Assembly: GCA_037917685.1 (NCBI GenBank)
Contig: JAVCBU010000016.1
Span: 1-64,000 of the forward strand
Direction of reading: 5' to 3'
Length of the DNA: 64,000 nucleotides
Source of the DNA: Thermoproteota archaeon
GTDB taxonomy: Archaea; Korarchaeota; Korarchaeia; Korarchaeales; JAOZGB01
Shown: positions 39,284 to 48,765 of the stretch, in pieces
How the letters are laid out: each line of letters begins with the position of its first letter
How positions within the stretch are numbered: position 1 is the stretch's first letter
Position numbers and translations under genes: made by a program
Notes under the pieces: model-generated
Seen by the model: the letters and a program-made list of their open reading frames with translations, nothing else
Told to the model about the DNA's origin: nothing
Database searches by the model: none

Positions 39284-40516
39284 TTACACCTCAGCTGTTA
39301 TCCAGTCATATACTATATCCTTCGGTATCTCCTCGACCCTCTTTGAGAGTGAGTCTATCACTGTACGCACAGTTTCTGCGGCTGTTGGGTGCATCATCAT
39401 GAAGAAGTCAACGCCTGCAAGGAGAAGAGTTAAAGCCGTGACCGCCTCCCACAATGGGCCGCGGAGAAGCTTATCCCCCCACTCCGGTGGAAGCGCCTTC
39501 CAGGCCTCTCTTGCAGCCCACGCGTTCGTTGAGCCGGATGATATTGGATGTTGTAGTTCTTCGTCTCCCATAAGCGCTGCCAGCCTGGCTCTCTCCATGA
39601 TGGTGAATGCGTAGTCAAGCCCGTACCCAAGGGCTGCGGTTGTGGTGTCCATAACTATGCTGTCCTTTGGTACATAGTCGTATAGCTTTCTGTTTAGCTC
39701 TCTAGCATGGTTAAGGTCCATGGAGGTGAATGCGATAACGGCATGTCCGGTTTCACCTATGATCTTGCCTGCCTTCGCGATATCCATGTCAAGTGTTATT
39801 GAGTTTATGAGCAGTCTTTCCCCCTTGAAGTCTTCAGCTATTTTTTCGAAAACCTTCAAGTCTTTGACGGGGTCTCCACACCCACCGACAGATAGTGGCA
39901 CACTTACAGCTTCCAGGACTTCCGCAACTGTTTCGGCAGCCTTGCTGGGGGAAGTGTCCTCGATGAGAGGGTCTGTGCTAACCAGGTGGAGGTTAACCAT
40001 GTCGGCGCCGTACTTCTCAACACACATTCTCGCCCATTCCGGCGGGTTATCGAGTACATCCTGGTACTGGAGCCTAACAGCCTTTGCAAGCCTTACCTTC
40101 GTGTCGAATATGTCCAGGGATATGGCTGGCCTATGCTTAGGGTTTTCTATGAAAGTATAGAAGGCTGGGGCCCTTTCACCGCCTATGACTATTGTGTTTC
40201 CCCTTGTTCCACCCTCAGACCTGGTGGCTCCAAGCTTCACCTCGACTATTCTCCCGGTCCACTCCATGGTGGGGAGTTCAAACTTTTCGGTTAGAAGCTC
40301 ACGTGGCCTTGCTACAACCTCTGGTTTAGGTATGACTTTAGGCACGGCTGTCGGATGTATTAGGAGTTCGAGTTCATCAACGTTTATTTCAACATCCTCG
40401 AGGACGAGTTCGTTTTCGGCAAGGTTTCCAAGGGCCTTTGCGAGTTCCTCCCCTATTATGGATGCCAGAAGCTCCCCGAGTTCGCCACCGGCCTTTTTGG
40501 CTTCCTCTTTAGCCAC
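39284..40516 (-). CDS. cdhD: ACDS delta subunit (corrinoid Fe-S protein small subunit)
   Basis: GATRSEGGTR, ALGYGLDY, NAWAAREAW, RGPLWE, MMMHP. Confidence 0.96.
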   Translation of the reverse strand: MAKEEAKKAGGELGELLASIIGEELAKALGNLAENELVLEDVEINVDELELLIHPTAVPKVIPKPEVVARPRELLTEKFELPTMEWTGRIVEVKLGATRSEGGTRGNTIVIGGERAPAFYTFIENPKHRPAISLDIFDTKVRLAKAVRLQYQDVLDNPPEWARMCVEKYGADMVNLHLVSTDPLIEDTSPSKAAETVAEVLEAVSVPLSVGGCGDPVKDLKVFEKIAEDFKGERLLINSITLDMDIAKAGKIIGETGHAVIAFTSMDLNHARELNRKLYDYVPKDSIVMDTTTAALGYGLDYAFTIMERARLAALMGDEELQHPISSGSTNAWAAREAWKALPPEWGDKLLRGPLWEAVTALTLLLAGVDFFMMMHPTAAETVRTVIDSLSKRVEEIPKDIVYDWITAEV

Positions 40517-41909
40517 TTTTCTTCACCTTTCTAATCGTAAGCTTCTTAACATGTATCCTGGCGTTCACAAGTTTAATCTTGAAGCCCCCTATGCCGACGC
40601 CGACTGGCACAGCCTCAGCTGGCACCTCCAACACGGCCTCCGGCGCCTCTGCTGCTTCCACTTCGGCTGGTATCTCTTCCTCCTTCCACCTTGAAACAAC
40701 AGGGTGCTCTTTCTCTTTGAGGAATGCCTTAAGCTCTTCGATGTTTGTAGCCTCCTTCTCTGTCGCGATCTTATCCACCAGCTCCTTTGGAATGAAGTCT
40801 TTAACCCTTTCTTTAATCTCTGAAGGGAGCCACACAATCCTCTCCCATCCACCGTCTGCCTGGAGGAATTTTGGAGACCTCATGTACTCTATGGAGAGCC
40901 CGTGGAAGCCGTCAACCTGTCTTCCACCAGCTGTTGAGTCAGCTATCACCGTGAAAGGTAGCCCGTTCACGGCTACGCCTTTAAATCCTCTGTGCACAAT
41001 ACCTATACCATCAACCTCGGGGATATAGAATGCTGAAGCCTCAAAGCATCCGCAGGATGTATGTGGGTAGCCGAAAGCCGTGTAGAGCCAGACTCTTGTG
41101 ATCTCGCCAAGACTCTTCTTCTTAATAGCCTCATTTACACCTGTGAATTCGCCTTTCAGCTCGTCTATACATTCACCTTTCTCGATCCTGAACAGTGGCC
41201 CCTTGGGGTCAACCCTAGCGGCGGCTCTAGCGTCGAACCATGATATTGCGCCGCAGTTGGCATATCTTTGAGGTGTGATGACGCAGACATGGGTTGGTGC
41301 GAAGGACTGGCAAAGGGTGCAACCGTAGAATGCGTCAACCTCCTCATCTTTTAAACCTCTAGCCCTTGCATCCCTTGCTTCGTAGATCTTTAGTGCCTCC
41401 TGGTATCTTCTCTCCACCTCCGCTGGATCCGTTATGAATGTTACCTGTATCTTCTCTATTATTGGGAGTTCGCTCTTGTACAGTCTCTGGAGAACCTTAC
41501 CTATTATCTTGAAAGAGTTAAGCCCCTTCTTACATGATTTTTCGCTTATTCTGATCCATATGTCATATCTCTGGTTTAGGTGCATAACTCCCTCTATGTA
41601 GTTGAAATATGGATGTATCTTCCTCTCAAACACGCCTTCAAGGTCTTTCTCTAACTCTTTACCTGCTACCTCAATGTATATTCCAAGCGGGTAGCTCTTC
41701 TTAGGCTCAAGCTTGTCTAGGTCTGGACCTATAATTGTTATTTTGCCGTCTTCAACCTCCTCCATTGGTTTGACACGGACAAGCTCAAACTTGTAGGGAA
41801 CATTTATCCCGCCGAACTCTACGTACATGTACTTTTTCCTAATCCTTTCACCCTCATATATGACTCCAACATCTACAGGGATATCCTCAAACATTGACAT
41901 TCCTTTCAC
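40509..41909 (-). CDS. cdhC: ACDS beta subunit (acetyl-CoA synthase, A-cluster)
   Basis: YEGERIRK, CTLCQSFAPTHVC, HTSCGCFE. Confidence 0.97.
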   Translation of the reverse strand: MKGMSMFEDIPVDVGVIYEGERIRKKYMYVEFGGINVPYKFELVRVKPMEEVEDGKITIIGPDLDKLEPKKSYPLGIYIEVAGKELEKDLEGVFERKIHPYFNYIEGVMHLNQRYDIWIRISEKSCKKGLNSFKIIGKVLQRLYKSELPIIEKIQVTFITDPAEVERRYQEALKIYEARDARARGLKDEEVDAFYGCTLCQSFAPTHVCVITPQRYANCGAISWFDARAAARVDPKGPLFRIEKGECIDELKGEFTGVNEAIKKKSLGEITRVWLYTAFGYPHTSCGCFEASAFYIPEVDGIGIVHRGFKGVAVNGLPFTVIADSTAGGRQVDGFHGLSIEYMRSPKFLQADGGWERIVWLPSEIKERVKDFIPKELVDKIATEKEATNIEELKAFLKEKEHPVVSRWKEEEIPAEVEAAEAPEAVLEVPAEAVPVGVGIGGFKIKLVNARIHVKKLTIRKVKKSG

Positions 41910-42433
41910 CTCTTTAATGATTCGATCATAGATTTAAGGAAGGACTCCCACCTGTCAAGGGGCATCGACATAAGCGAATACGATGCGTGAGGCTGATAGT
42001 ATGGGTCGAGGCTTAAAGTTTTAATCTCAGAGTAGTGTTTGAGCCCAGATAGGATAAGCCAGCCATAGTAGTATTTGAATCCTACTGTAACGAGTAAACT
42101 GTAATTTCCTGCGCCGTCAAATCCAGGCCACTCAGGATCTTCAAGTCTATCAGCAAGCTCGAAGGCGGAGATTGGATATACGTTTTCGTAGCCCATCTCA
42201 CTGAACCTTCGGAGAGTCGCCCCCGTTACGGCGACGTGGGCCCCGGTAAGCCTAGAGAGTTCCAGAAGGAGTGCTATGTGATCTGTATCTTCTTTCATTC
42301 TAAATATTTCCGAGCCTATAGCAATTACAGTTCTATGCCTCTTAATTATTTGTGCAATAGCATTCGGCCTATCAAGGATCACAGCCTTAGTTGGACCTGG
42401 AATTTCAGCTATCTGCCAGGATTCAGCTTTCAA
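41906..42433 (-). CDS. cdhB: ACDS epsilon subunit
   Basis: Lies between cdhA and cdhC; DPEWPGFDGAGNY, LSGLKHY. Confidence 0.92.
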   Translation of the reverse strand: MKAESWQIAEIPGPTKAVILDRPNAIAQIIKRHRTVIAIGSEIFRMKEDTDHIALLLELSRLTGAHVAVTGATLRRFSEMGYENVYPISAFELADRLEDPEWPGFDGAGNYSLLVTVGFKYYYGWLILSGLKHYSEIKTLSLDPYYQPHASYSLMSMPLDRWESFLKSMIESLKR

Positions 42434-44771
42434 CCTTCTTCACCCTAACAAGTTCTTCTAGGAGGGTTGGATCAGGGATCTCTGATTCCTTCCATCCCCT
42501 CCTCTTCAGTTCTTCTACTATCTCATCTTTCATAGTTATCGGGATATCCGCCTCCCTCCTCACGAACAGGTGTAGATCATCTGGCAGTCGTCCGAAATAC
42601 TTCTTGTACAAGTCTACGTAGTGTGTGAGCTTTATAGCCCTTCCCTTTGTGGTGTCATTTGCACGCATACAAAGCTTTGTAGCCATAACCATTGCCTCCT
42701 CCTTTGTTTCGGCAGCGTAGAATAAGTGTTCTGGAACTGGACCTACATAGACCCTCTTCCCTGTTCTAGCATCGTACACGTACCAGTCCTCCTCCTTGTC
42801 CTTCCTTCCCAGTAGCATTCTTCTATATTTCGCCCCATGCGGGCCTACTATTACTGGTACCCCGAGCCTCCAAAATCCTGATGCGATTGACGCTGCTTTC
42901 TGGCTCATTGCTCCCCACGCTACTCCCACAGCGCCAACCCTATTAAGGATGTAGTCTGCAATCTCCTTATAGTTTGCTCTCAGGTTTCTCTTGGCGAAGA
43001 TGTTTGCAATCTTTATCGCTGCCCCAGATATGTGAGAGTTCGCGACACACGATCCAACGTTAACAAGGCAGCCTGCATCGAAGTCTCCAGGGTACAACTC
43101 GTACAGTGTTTTACCCTCCTCATTCTTATACATACCTATCGTCATGGCTGCACATCCTGAAACCACAACTATAAACCTCCTCTTAAGGAACTCCTCAGCC
43201 ATCTTCACCAGCTCTTGGCCGCCCTCCGCATAGTTGGCACAGCCGACGAAGGCTATCACCCCTGGTATCTCACCGAGAACTATCGGTCTACCAACATTCC
43301 TAATCTCAGTATCCTGGATGGGTCCCCTTCCAGATCTAATGTTAAATATTTCACTCTTGAGCTTGTGCTCAGCAGCCTTATCAATCATGGTGAACACAGG
43401 CAGGCCTGCAGGACAGGCGTGCTCGCATCTGCCGCATGCAATGCAGTAGTCATATATCTCGGCAAGCTTTGAAAGGTCACCCTCTGCCGCATGCTTCATC
43501 CCTTCAGGTATTGGGAGAGTATTTGGGCAGGATCTCTGACACATCCCACATTGTCTGCAATCACCTGCAAGCTTTATGAGCTCCTCCTTGCTAGGTAGTC
43601 CCTTCATCCCCTGCCTCCTGGGCGAAAGCTTCATAGCAAGTTTAACGGCCACCTCTCCAACCTTCTCAGGGTCTAAGATTAGACCTCCAGGCTCCTCGCC
43701 GTTAGAAAGCTTTGAAACTATAGTTTCAACATCCCAGTTTGTCATGTCCTTAAGGCCGTGGCATGCCTTCTCACTAGCAGCTATCAGGGGAGCCCCGATC
43801 TTCTGCGCCTCTAGGAGAATATCTGTTCTAATACACTGTTCGTCAACGACTATAACGTCTGGGACACCGGTGCGTATGAATCTTAGCTGCCATGAAATTG
43901 GGCCGACAATCTTTGCCGCTGTAGTGTAACGTGTCATGTCATGGGCTGTGCAGCAAAGCCCGCACACCTCAACTTCGCCTGTAAGCCCTGTCATGTTCAA
44001 ATAGTCTACGATGAACGTGGCGGGAATGACATTGTGTCCTACTACGAGGATTACTGGTTTAGAAGTGTTTACAGTTCCGTATCCGAGGGGTACTATTGGA
44101 GCCTCAGGGTCTGCCTTAGGGAATCCGAATGCTGACACCTGAGCGATGTCAGCGACTTCCATTGCTACGTGGTCGAGCATTCCAGCGTGGAACACTTTAG
44201 ACTCCAAGTCTATGTTTGATCCTTCCTGACCGGTATGTGTCGCGGAAAGTAGAGCTGTAATCTGTTCCTCCACGTAGTCAAGGACATATGCGAGGTCCCC
44301 TAATGTTTTAGGCTTTATCCCACAAACCAGCCGAATGTTTGGCGCTTCCAGGTTGACTTGCCCTCCAAGGTCAAGGGGGTAGTCCGGCCCATGCCTTTCA
44401 ATCAGGAAGTCAACGATCTCTCTCGCGTGATGGGTGTGGGTGGATACCCCTATGCAGCAGGCTAGGAGAACTATTCTTGATTGTTGCGCGCTCATGTCTA
44501 GGCCGCAGGCGCCTCTCTTATTTTTCGTCAGGTCGCATTTTCCGAAGGTGCATAGGCAGCAAAGGTCACAGAACGGTAGGTATAGTGGCTTGAACCTTTG
44601 GAGCAGTTTAAGATCCCAGTCTCTAAGGGTTGTTAGTGAAGGCATCGGCGTAGGGCCTAGTGGCTCCTCCCACTCCTCTTCAACCCTGCCTATAGTGATT
44701 TGTAGGTTTTTAAACAGGGCAGTACCTGTCTTAAGCTCACCAACCTTAATTGACAAGTCTTTTTTGACCAT
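42423..44771 (-). CDS. cdhA: ACDS alpha subunit (CO dehydrogenase)
   Basis: CDLCCLCTFGKC, GHN, GLCC, DEQC, two extra ferredoxin motifs, VGC, SGC, GSC. Confidence 0.98.
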   Translation of the reverse strand: MVKKDLSIKVGELKTGTALFKNLQITIGRVEEEWEEPLGPTPMPSLTTLRDWDLKLLQRFKPLYLPFCDLCCLCTFGKCDLTKNKRGACGLDMSAQQSRIVLLACCIGVSTHTHHAREIVDFLIERHGPDYPLDLGGQVNLEAPNIRLVCGIKPKTLGDLAYVLDYVEEQITALLSATHTGQEGSNIDLESKVFHAGMLDHVAMEVADIAQVSAFGFPKADPEAPIVPLGYGTVNTSKPVILVVGHNVIPATFIVDYLNMTGLTGEVEVCGLCCTAHDMTRYTTAAKIVGPISWQLRFIRTGVPDVIVVDEQCIRTDILLEAQKIGAPLIAASEKACHGLKDMTNWDVETIVSKLSNGEEPGGLILDPEKVGEVAVKLAMKLSPRRQGMKGLPSKEELIKLAGDCRQCGMCQRSCPNTLPIPEGMKHAAEGDLSKLAEIYDYCIACGRCEHACPAGLPVFTMIDKAAEHKLKSEIFNIRSGRGPIQDTEIRNVGRPIVLGEIPGVIAFVGCANYAEGGQELVKMAEEFLKRRFIVVVSGCAAMTIGMYKNEEGKTLYELYPGDFDAGCLVNVGSCVANSHISGAAIKIANIFAKRNLRANYKEIADYILNRVGAVGVAWGAMSQKAASIASGFWRLGVPVIVGPHGAKYRRMLLGRKDKEEDWYVYDARTGKRVYVGPVPEHLFYAAETKEEAMVMATKLCMRANDTTKGRAIKLTHYVDLYKKYFGRLPDDLHLFVRREADIPITMKDEIVEELKRRGWKESEIPDPTLLEELVRVKKVES

Positions 44772-44850
44772 TTTTCCATGTTTCCAAACTCATCTAAAAA
44801 TTAAAAATTTTAGCTGTCAGAAATCTTCAAAATCAATTGGAGATTGGAGA

Positions 44851-45645
44851 TTACCGGTCTCCCGGGGAAATATTTCTTATTATTTTGTTCTTGATCTCTT
44901 CTATAGCCTTCACAGCCATACTTTTAGAGTTATAGTCTATGGGAGGTACTCCCTTGTACTCCGCCGTAATAACTGTCTCGTCGTAGGGAATTAAGCCGAG
45001 CAAGCTTAACCCCAGCTTTAACGATCTCTCCCTGATAAACTCAGCCTCAGACTCGCTTCTAACCTTGTTTCCGACGACTTTAAACTCTTTAATGTCGATC
45101 TGTCTTGCCAGCCTGTGTATTCTAAAAGCTGTTTCAACCGACTTCAAGGTTGGCTCCACTACGCATATCATACAGTCTACCCCTCTAGCCGTTCCCCTCC
45201 CCAGGTGTTCAAGGCCGGCGGCCATGTCAAGGATAAGAACGTCCTTCCTACCCATGATGAGATGTGATAGTAGACTTCTCAGGAAGGCGTTTTCAGGGCA
45301 TAAGCATCCGGAGCCGCCGCTCCTCACAGTGCCCATAACCAGAAGCCGGACATTGTCCGGGCATTTCACCGCGTACTTGTCCACGAGATCCGCAACGGAG
45401 GGGTTCATCCTAAGCAAAGCTCCGTATCCAGTGCCGACTCTTTCCCTTATAAGCTCTTTCATCTCCGAAATAGGCTTTATTTTTGACGCTTCACCCCAGT
45501 CTAGCCCTAGGGACACTCCAAGGTTTAAATTAGGATCTGCGTCGACCGCAATCACACTATAACCATCTCTTCCTAAAAGCCTTGAAATGGTGGCTGCAAG
45601 CAGGGTTTTCCCAACTCCACCCTTTCCCACAACGGCCAACTTCAC
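44851..45645 (-). CDS. cooC: CooC nickel-insertion ATPase
   Basis: GKGGVGKT, GSGCLCPE, DMAAGLEHLGRGT. Confidence 0.94.
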   Translation of the reverse strand: MKLAVVGKGGVGKTLLAATISRLLGRDGYSVIAVDADPNLNLGVSLGLDWGEASKIKPISEMKELIRERVGTGYGALLRMNPSVADLVDKYAVKCPDNVRLLVMGTVRSGGSGCLCPENAFLRSLLSHLIMGRKDVLILDMAAGLEHLGRGTARGVDCMICVVEPTLKSVETAFRIHRLARQIDIKEFKVVGNKVRSESEAEFIRERSLKLGLSLLGLIPYDETVITAEYKGVPPIDYNSKSMAVKAIEEIKNKIIRNISPGDR

Positions 45646-45668
45646 AGTTTACACCTTGGCATCGCTGT

Positions 45669-46247
45669 CTATCCACTAATCTTGAAGCCGAGCGATTCAA
45701 CAGCGGTTTCTCCGTATAGTTCCACAAGCTTGTTGATCATAGGCGTCCCATCAGGCCCGGCCAAAGGCTTACACTCGTCAAGCCTTCTTTCACCTGTGAG
45801 TACCCTTGCGGCGAATGCAATGCACGTTTCCTCTCCGCACTCGCCACAGTTTGTTTTTGGAAGGTACTTGTATAGCTCTAGGGGTTGAAGCCTGGACCAG
45901 GCGTCTAGGACACGGCTGTCAGGCTTCTTTCCCTCCGTAAGATCCTTTCTTGCCTCGTCTATCAAACCCTGAAGGTATTCCAGTATCTTCTTAGCCTCCT
46001 CTATGTCCCTTGCTTCGAAATACACCTTTCCAGACTCGCTTATACCTATTATCCTGTTGAAAGCTCTTAGCGTCACGGTCTTACTGGCCTTCGAATACCT
46101 AACTTTCATAGGTGGAAACTTTAGGGTTAGAATCTCAATAAGCCCCCTAAAGTCTTTCTCAGATACAGCTTCGATAACAATTCTGATGGACGACGCTGTT
46201 CCACACGCGGAGCCTGTTACATTAACTTCAAACTCCCCTACTTTCAT
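45669..46247 (-). CDS. Protein with a C-terminal CdhE-type [4Fe-4S] domain and an unassigned N-terminal domain
   Basis: LYKYLPKTNCGECGEETCIAFA...C; ATG 46247 chosen to avoid overlap with the divergent gene. Confidence 0.82.
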   Translation of the reverse strand: MKVGEFEVNVTGSACGTASSIRIVIEAVSEKDFRGLIEILTLKFPPMKVRYSKASKTVTLRAFNRIIGISESGKVYFEARDIEEAKKILEYLQGLIDEARKDLTEGKKPDSRVLDAWSRLQPLELYKYLPKTNCGECGEETCIAFAARVLTGERRLDECKPLAGPDGTPMINKLVELYGETAVESLGFKISG

Positions 46248-46300
46248 CAAAATGTATAAGCTTGGGAAAATAATTAAGTTTAGGGTGTAGATCCTAATAT

Positions 46301-47356
46301 GTGGAGTTTTCGACATATCTAAATGTAAAAACATGCGATGTAGGCAGCCTTCCAGACCCCTTCCCCCTACAATACCCTGTAAGGGGATTTGAAGGAACCG
46401 CTTTCGAGAATGCTGTTATTAAGGGTTTCATAGACAAGATAGAGGCGGGAATCCATGTTCCAACCTACCCGCAGTTTCGGGATATGAACGAAATGTTCCT
46501 GGAAATGATAGATGGGGTGGGCAGGGCCAGGGGAGGATACATGATTCTTGAACCGTTAAGCCCAGGAAAGCTTGTGATACCAGAGATTAGAATACTCGCC
46601 GACAATATCGACAAAATAAAGGATAAGGTTGGCGAGAAACCATCCATAAGGATATGTATTACAAGCCCATACACCCTTTCACACAGCTTTACAGGGATTC
46701 AGGATAAACTATGGCTTTGGGAGGAGCTGGGCAACATACTTTCCGAGATAGCGGGGGAAACATTGAAGGTTGCAGCAGTATTTAAGAGTGTAATGGTTAG
46801 CCTTGACGAGCCCGTTCTAGGTGTGGTTGACGATCCTCTGCTTGACATCGGATCTGAGGGCTCCCGGGTTTTAGCCAGCGTTATAGACAAGATCTTGTCG
46901 GCGTGTAAGAGTAGGGGGGCCGAAACATGTATGCACCTTCACAGTACATCTAGCAGCGTGATCTGGGAGCTACATAGCCTTGACGTGATAGAGTCCCACG
47001 TTGACGACCCCCTTTACAATAGTAGCGAGCTGATAGATAAGGTCTCCAGGATGGGCTTAAACGTTAAGGCAGCTATCTGCAAGACAAACTATGACAGGCT
47101 TCTAGATTCAAAGCTGGAAACATATGGGTTGACCGTTGAGACGGCGTGGAAGAGGATCAGAAGTGGAGATTTAAATCCTGTGCTGTTTCTGGAGGATGTG
47201 AATCTTATGAGGGAAAGGCTGGAAAAAACAGTTAGAGCTTATGGTAGCAGGGTTAAATATGCTGGCCCGGAGTGCGGGCTGAGATCTTTCCCAACCTACG
47301 ATGCTGCAATTAAATATTTAAGGATGGTCTCCGAGGCTGTTGGACTTGTCGGCTAG
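46301..47356 (+). CDS. Core (folate-independent) methionine synthase, MesC-like
   Basis: DVGSLP, PTYPQFRDM, SLDEP, HLH in place of HxC, GPECGL. Confidence 0.72.
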   Translation: MEFSTYLNVKTCDVGSLPDPFPLQYPVRGFEGTAFENAVIKGFIDKIEAGIHVPTYPQFRDMNEMFLEMIDGVGRARGGYMILEPLSPGKLVIPEIRILADNIDKIKDKVGEKPSIRICITSPYTLSHSFTGIQDKLWLWEELGNILSEIAGETLKVAAVFKSVMVSLDEPVLGVVDDPLLDIGSEGSRVLASVIDKILSACKSRGAETCMHLHSTSSSVIWELHSLDVIESHVDDPLYNSSELIDKVSRMGLNVKAAICKTNYDRLLDSKLETYGLTVETAWKRIRSGDLNPVLFLEDVNLMRERLEKTVRAYGSRVKYAGPECGLRSFPTYDAAIKYLRMVSEAVGLVG

Positions 47357-47418
47357 GAGGCGGCAGGGAATAAAACATTTTAAATATTTTGAGGCCGGTG
47401 TCAAACGGTGGTTGTAAG

Positions 47419-47664
47419 ATGGAGCTACCTGGAAACCTAACCTCGGAGGAGAAGAGGGCTCTCGCGGATAAACTTGTAGACGTGGTGCTAGCCCTCAAAC
47501 CAAAAAAGGCTCATAAGGTTCCAGCCGAGCCTGTTAAGAAGATGCTGGAATACTGGAGGGATGAACTCCTATGCTCCGATAAAGGACTCAAAGTCCTCCT
47601 GGAAGTTGCCACTGCTGCAAACGAGGAGAAAACAGCTGAGATAATAGAAAGTTTTAAGAGGTGA
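47419..47664 (+). CDS. Small helical hypothetical protein coupled to mer
   Basis: 81 aa; GGTGG RBS; stop overlaps the mer start (GTGA). Confidence 0.7.
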   Translation: MELPGNLTSEEKRALADKLVDVVLALKPKKAHKVPAEPVKKMLEYWRDELLCSDKGLKVLLEVATAANEEKTAEIIESFKR

Positions 47665-48659
47665 AAGGGATGTTTGGGATAGAGTTTATACCTCAAGAGC
47701 CATACTGGAAGATTGTTTACTACTCGATTCAGGCTGAGAAGCAAGGTTTCAGCAGCATATGGATAACAGACCACTTTATGAATAGAAACCCCTATGTGAC
47801 AATGGCAGCCATATCCATCTACACAAGTAAAATTAACATAGGAGTTGGCGTAACAAACCCCTACTTGGCCAACCCAGTGGTTACAGCGCAGGCCATCGGA
47901 AGCTTGGACGAAATAGCCCCAGGTAGGATAATGCTTGGGATAGGCGCTGGAGACAAGACAACACTCGGAATGCTAGGTGTCAAAGTTGGAAAACCTCTTA
48001 CAGCTGTAAAGGAATGCGTTGAGATATGTAGAGGCCTGCTCTCCGGGGAGAAAGTGAGCTACCAGGGTAAAATATTTGACATTAAGAGCGCAAAGTTCGC
48101 TTTCAAGACCAGTGGGAAGATAAAAATCTACGTTGGAGCTCAGGGTCCTAAGATGCTACGTCTAGCAGCCAGGGTTGGAGACGGAGTATTAATAAACGCC
48201 TCTCACCCGAGAGATGTTGAAGACGCTTTGAAACATGTGGATGAAGGATTAAAGGAGGCAGGGAAGACGAGGGAGGATATAGACATAGCCATATATACGT
48301 CTTTCTCCATCGCCGAGGATGAGAAAGAGGCCATAAAGGCTACTCTTCCAGTTGTAGCGTTCATAGTCGCTGGAGCACCGGACTTCCTACTGGAGAAGCA
48401 TGATATACCGCTTGACCAGGCAAGGACGCTTAGAGAACTACTAGACAAGGCTACATGGGGAGAAGCCTTCTCAAAGGTTACGCCGGAAATGATAGAAGCA
48501 TTCTCAATCGCCGGAACACCTGAGCAGTGCCTGGAAAAAGTTGAAAGACTCTTCAAGCTCGGAGTAAGCCAGTTCGTAGTGGGATCTCCCATAGGCCCAA
48601 ACATTAGAAAATCGATAGACTTGATATCTTCGAAAATAATATCAGCCTTCACAAGCTGA
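47661..48659 (+). CDS. mer: F420-dependent 5,10-methylene-H4MPT reductase
   Basis: FGIEFIP, WITDHFMNRN, GVTNPY, GAQGPKML, LINASHP, VGSPIGP. Confidence 0.93.
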   Translation: MKGMFGIEFIPQEPYWKIVYYSIQAEKQGFSSIWITDHFMNRNPYVTMAAISIYTSKINIGVGVTNPYLANPVVTAQAIGSLDEIAPGRIMLGIGAGDKTTLGMLGVKVGKPLTAVKECVEICRGLLSGEKVSYQGKIFDIKSAKFAFKTSGKIKIYVGAQGPKMLRLAARVGDGVLINASHPRDVEDALKHVDEGLKEAGKTREDIDIAIYTSFSIAEDEKEAIKATLPVVAFIVAGAPDFLLEKHDIPLDQARTLRELLDKATWGEAFSKVTPEMIEAFSIAGTPEQCLEKVERLFKLGVSQFVVGSPIGPNIRKSIDLISSKIISAFTS

Positions 48660-48765
48660 CCTACAACTCCTCTAACTCATTTTTATCTTAAACCGGATTC
48701 GCTTTCAGCTTAGATCAAGAGGAATAGAATAGCCTTATTAACATGCAGGCCTCTTAAATATATGG

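Noticed and set aside
35600-45562. Long antisense ORFs within acsV and the cdh genes (for example 35600-36211, 38200-38898, 44434-44994)
   Set aside because: Ser/Pro-rich shadows of well-supported genes; the same applies to most short overlapping ORFs in the track.
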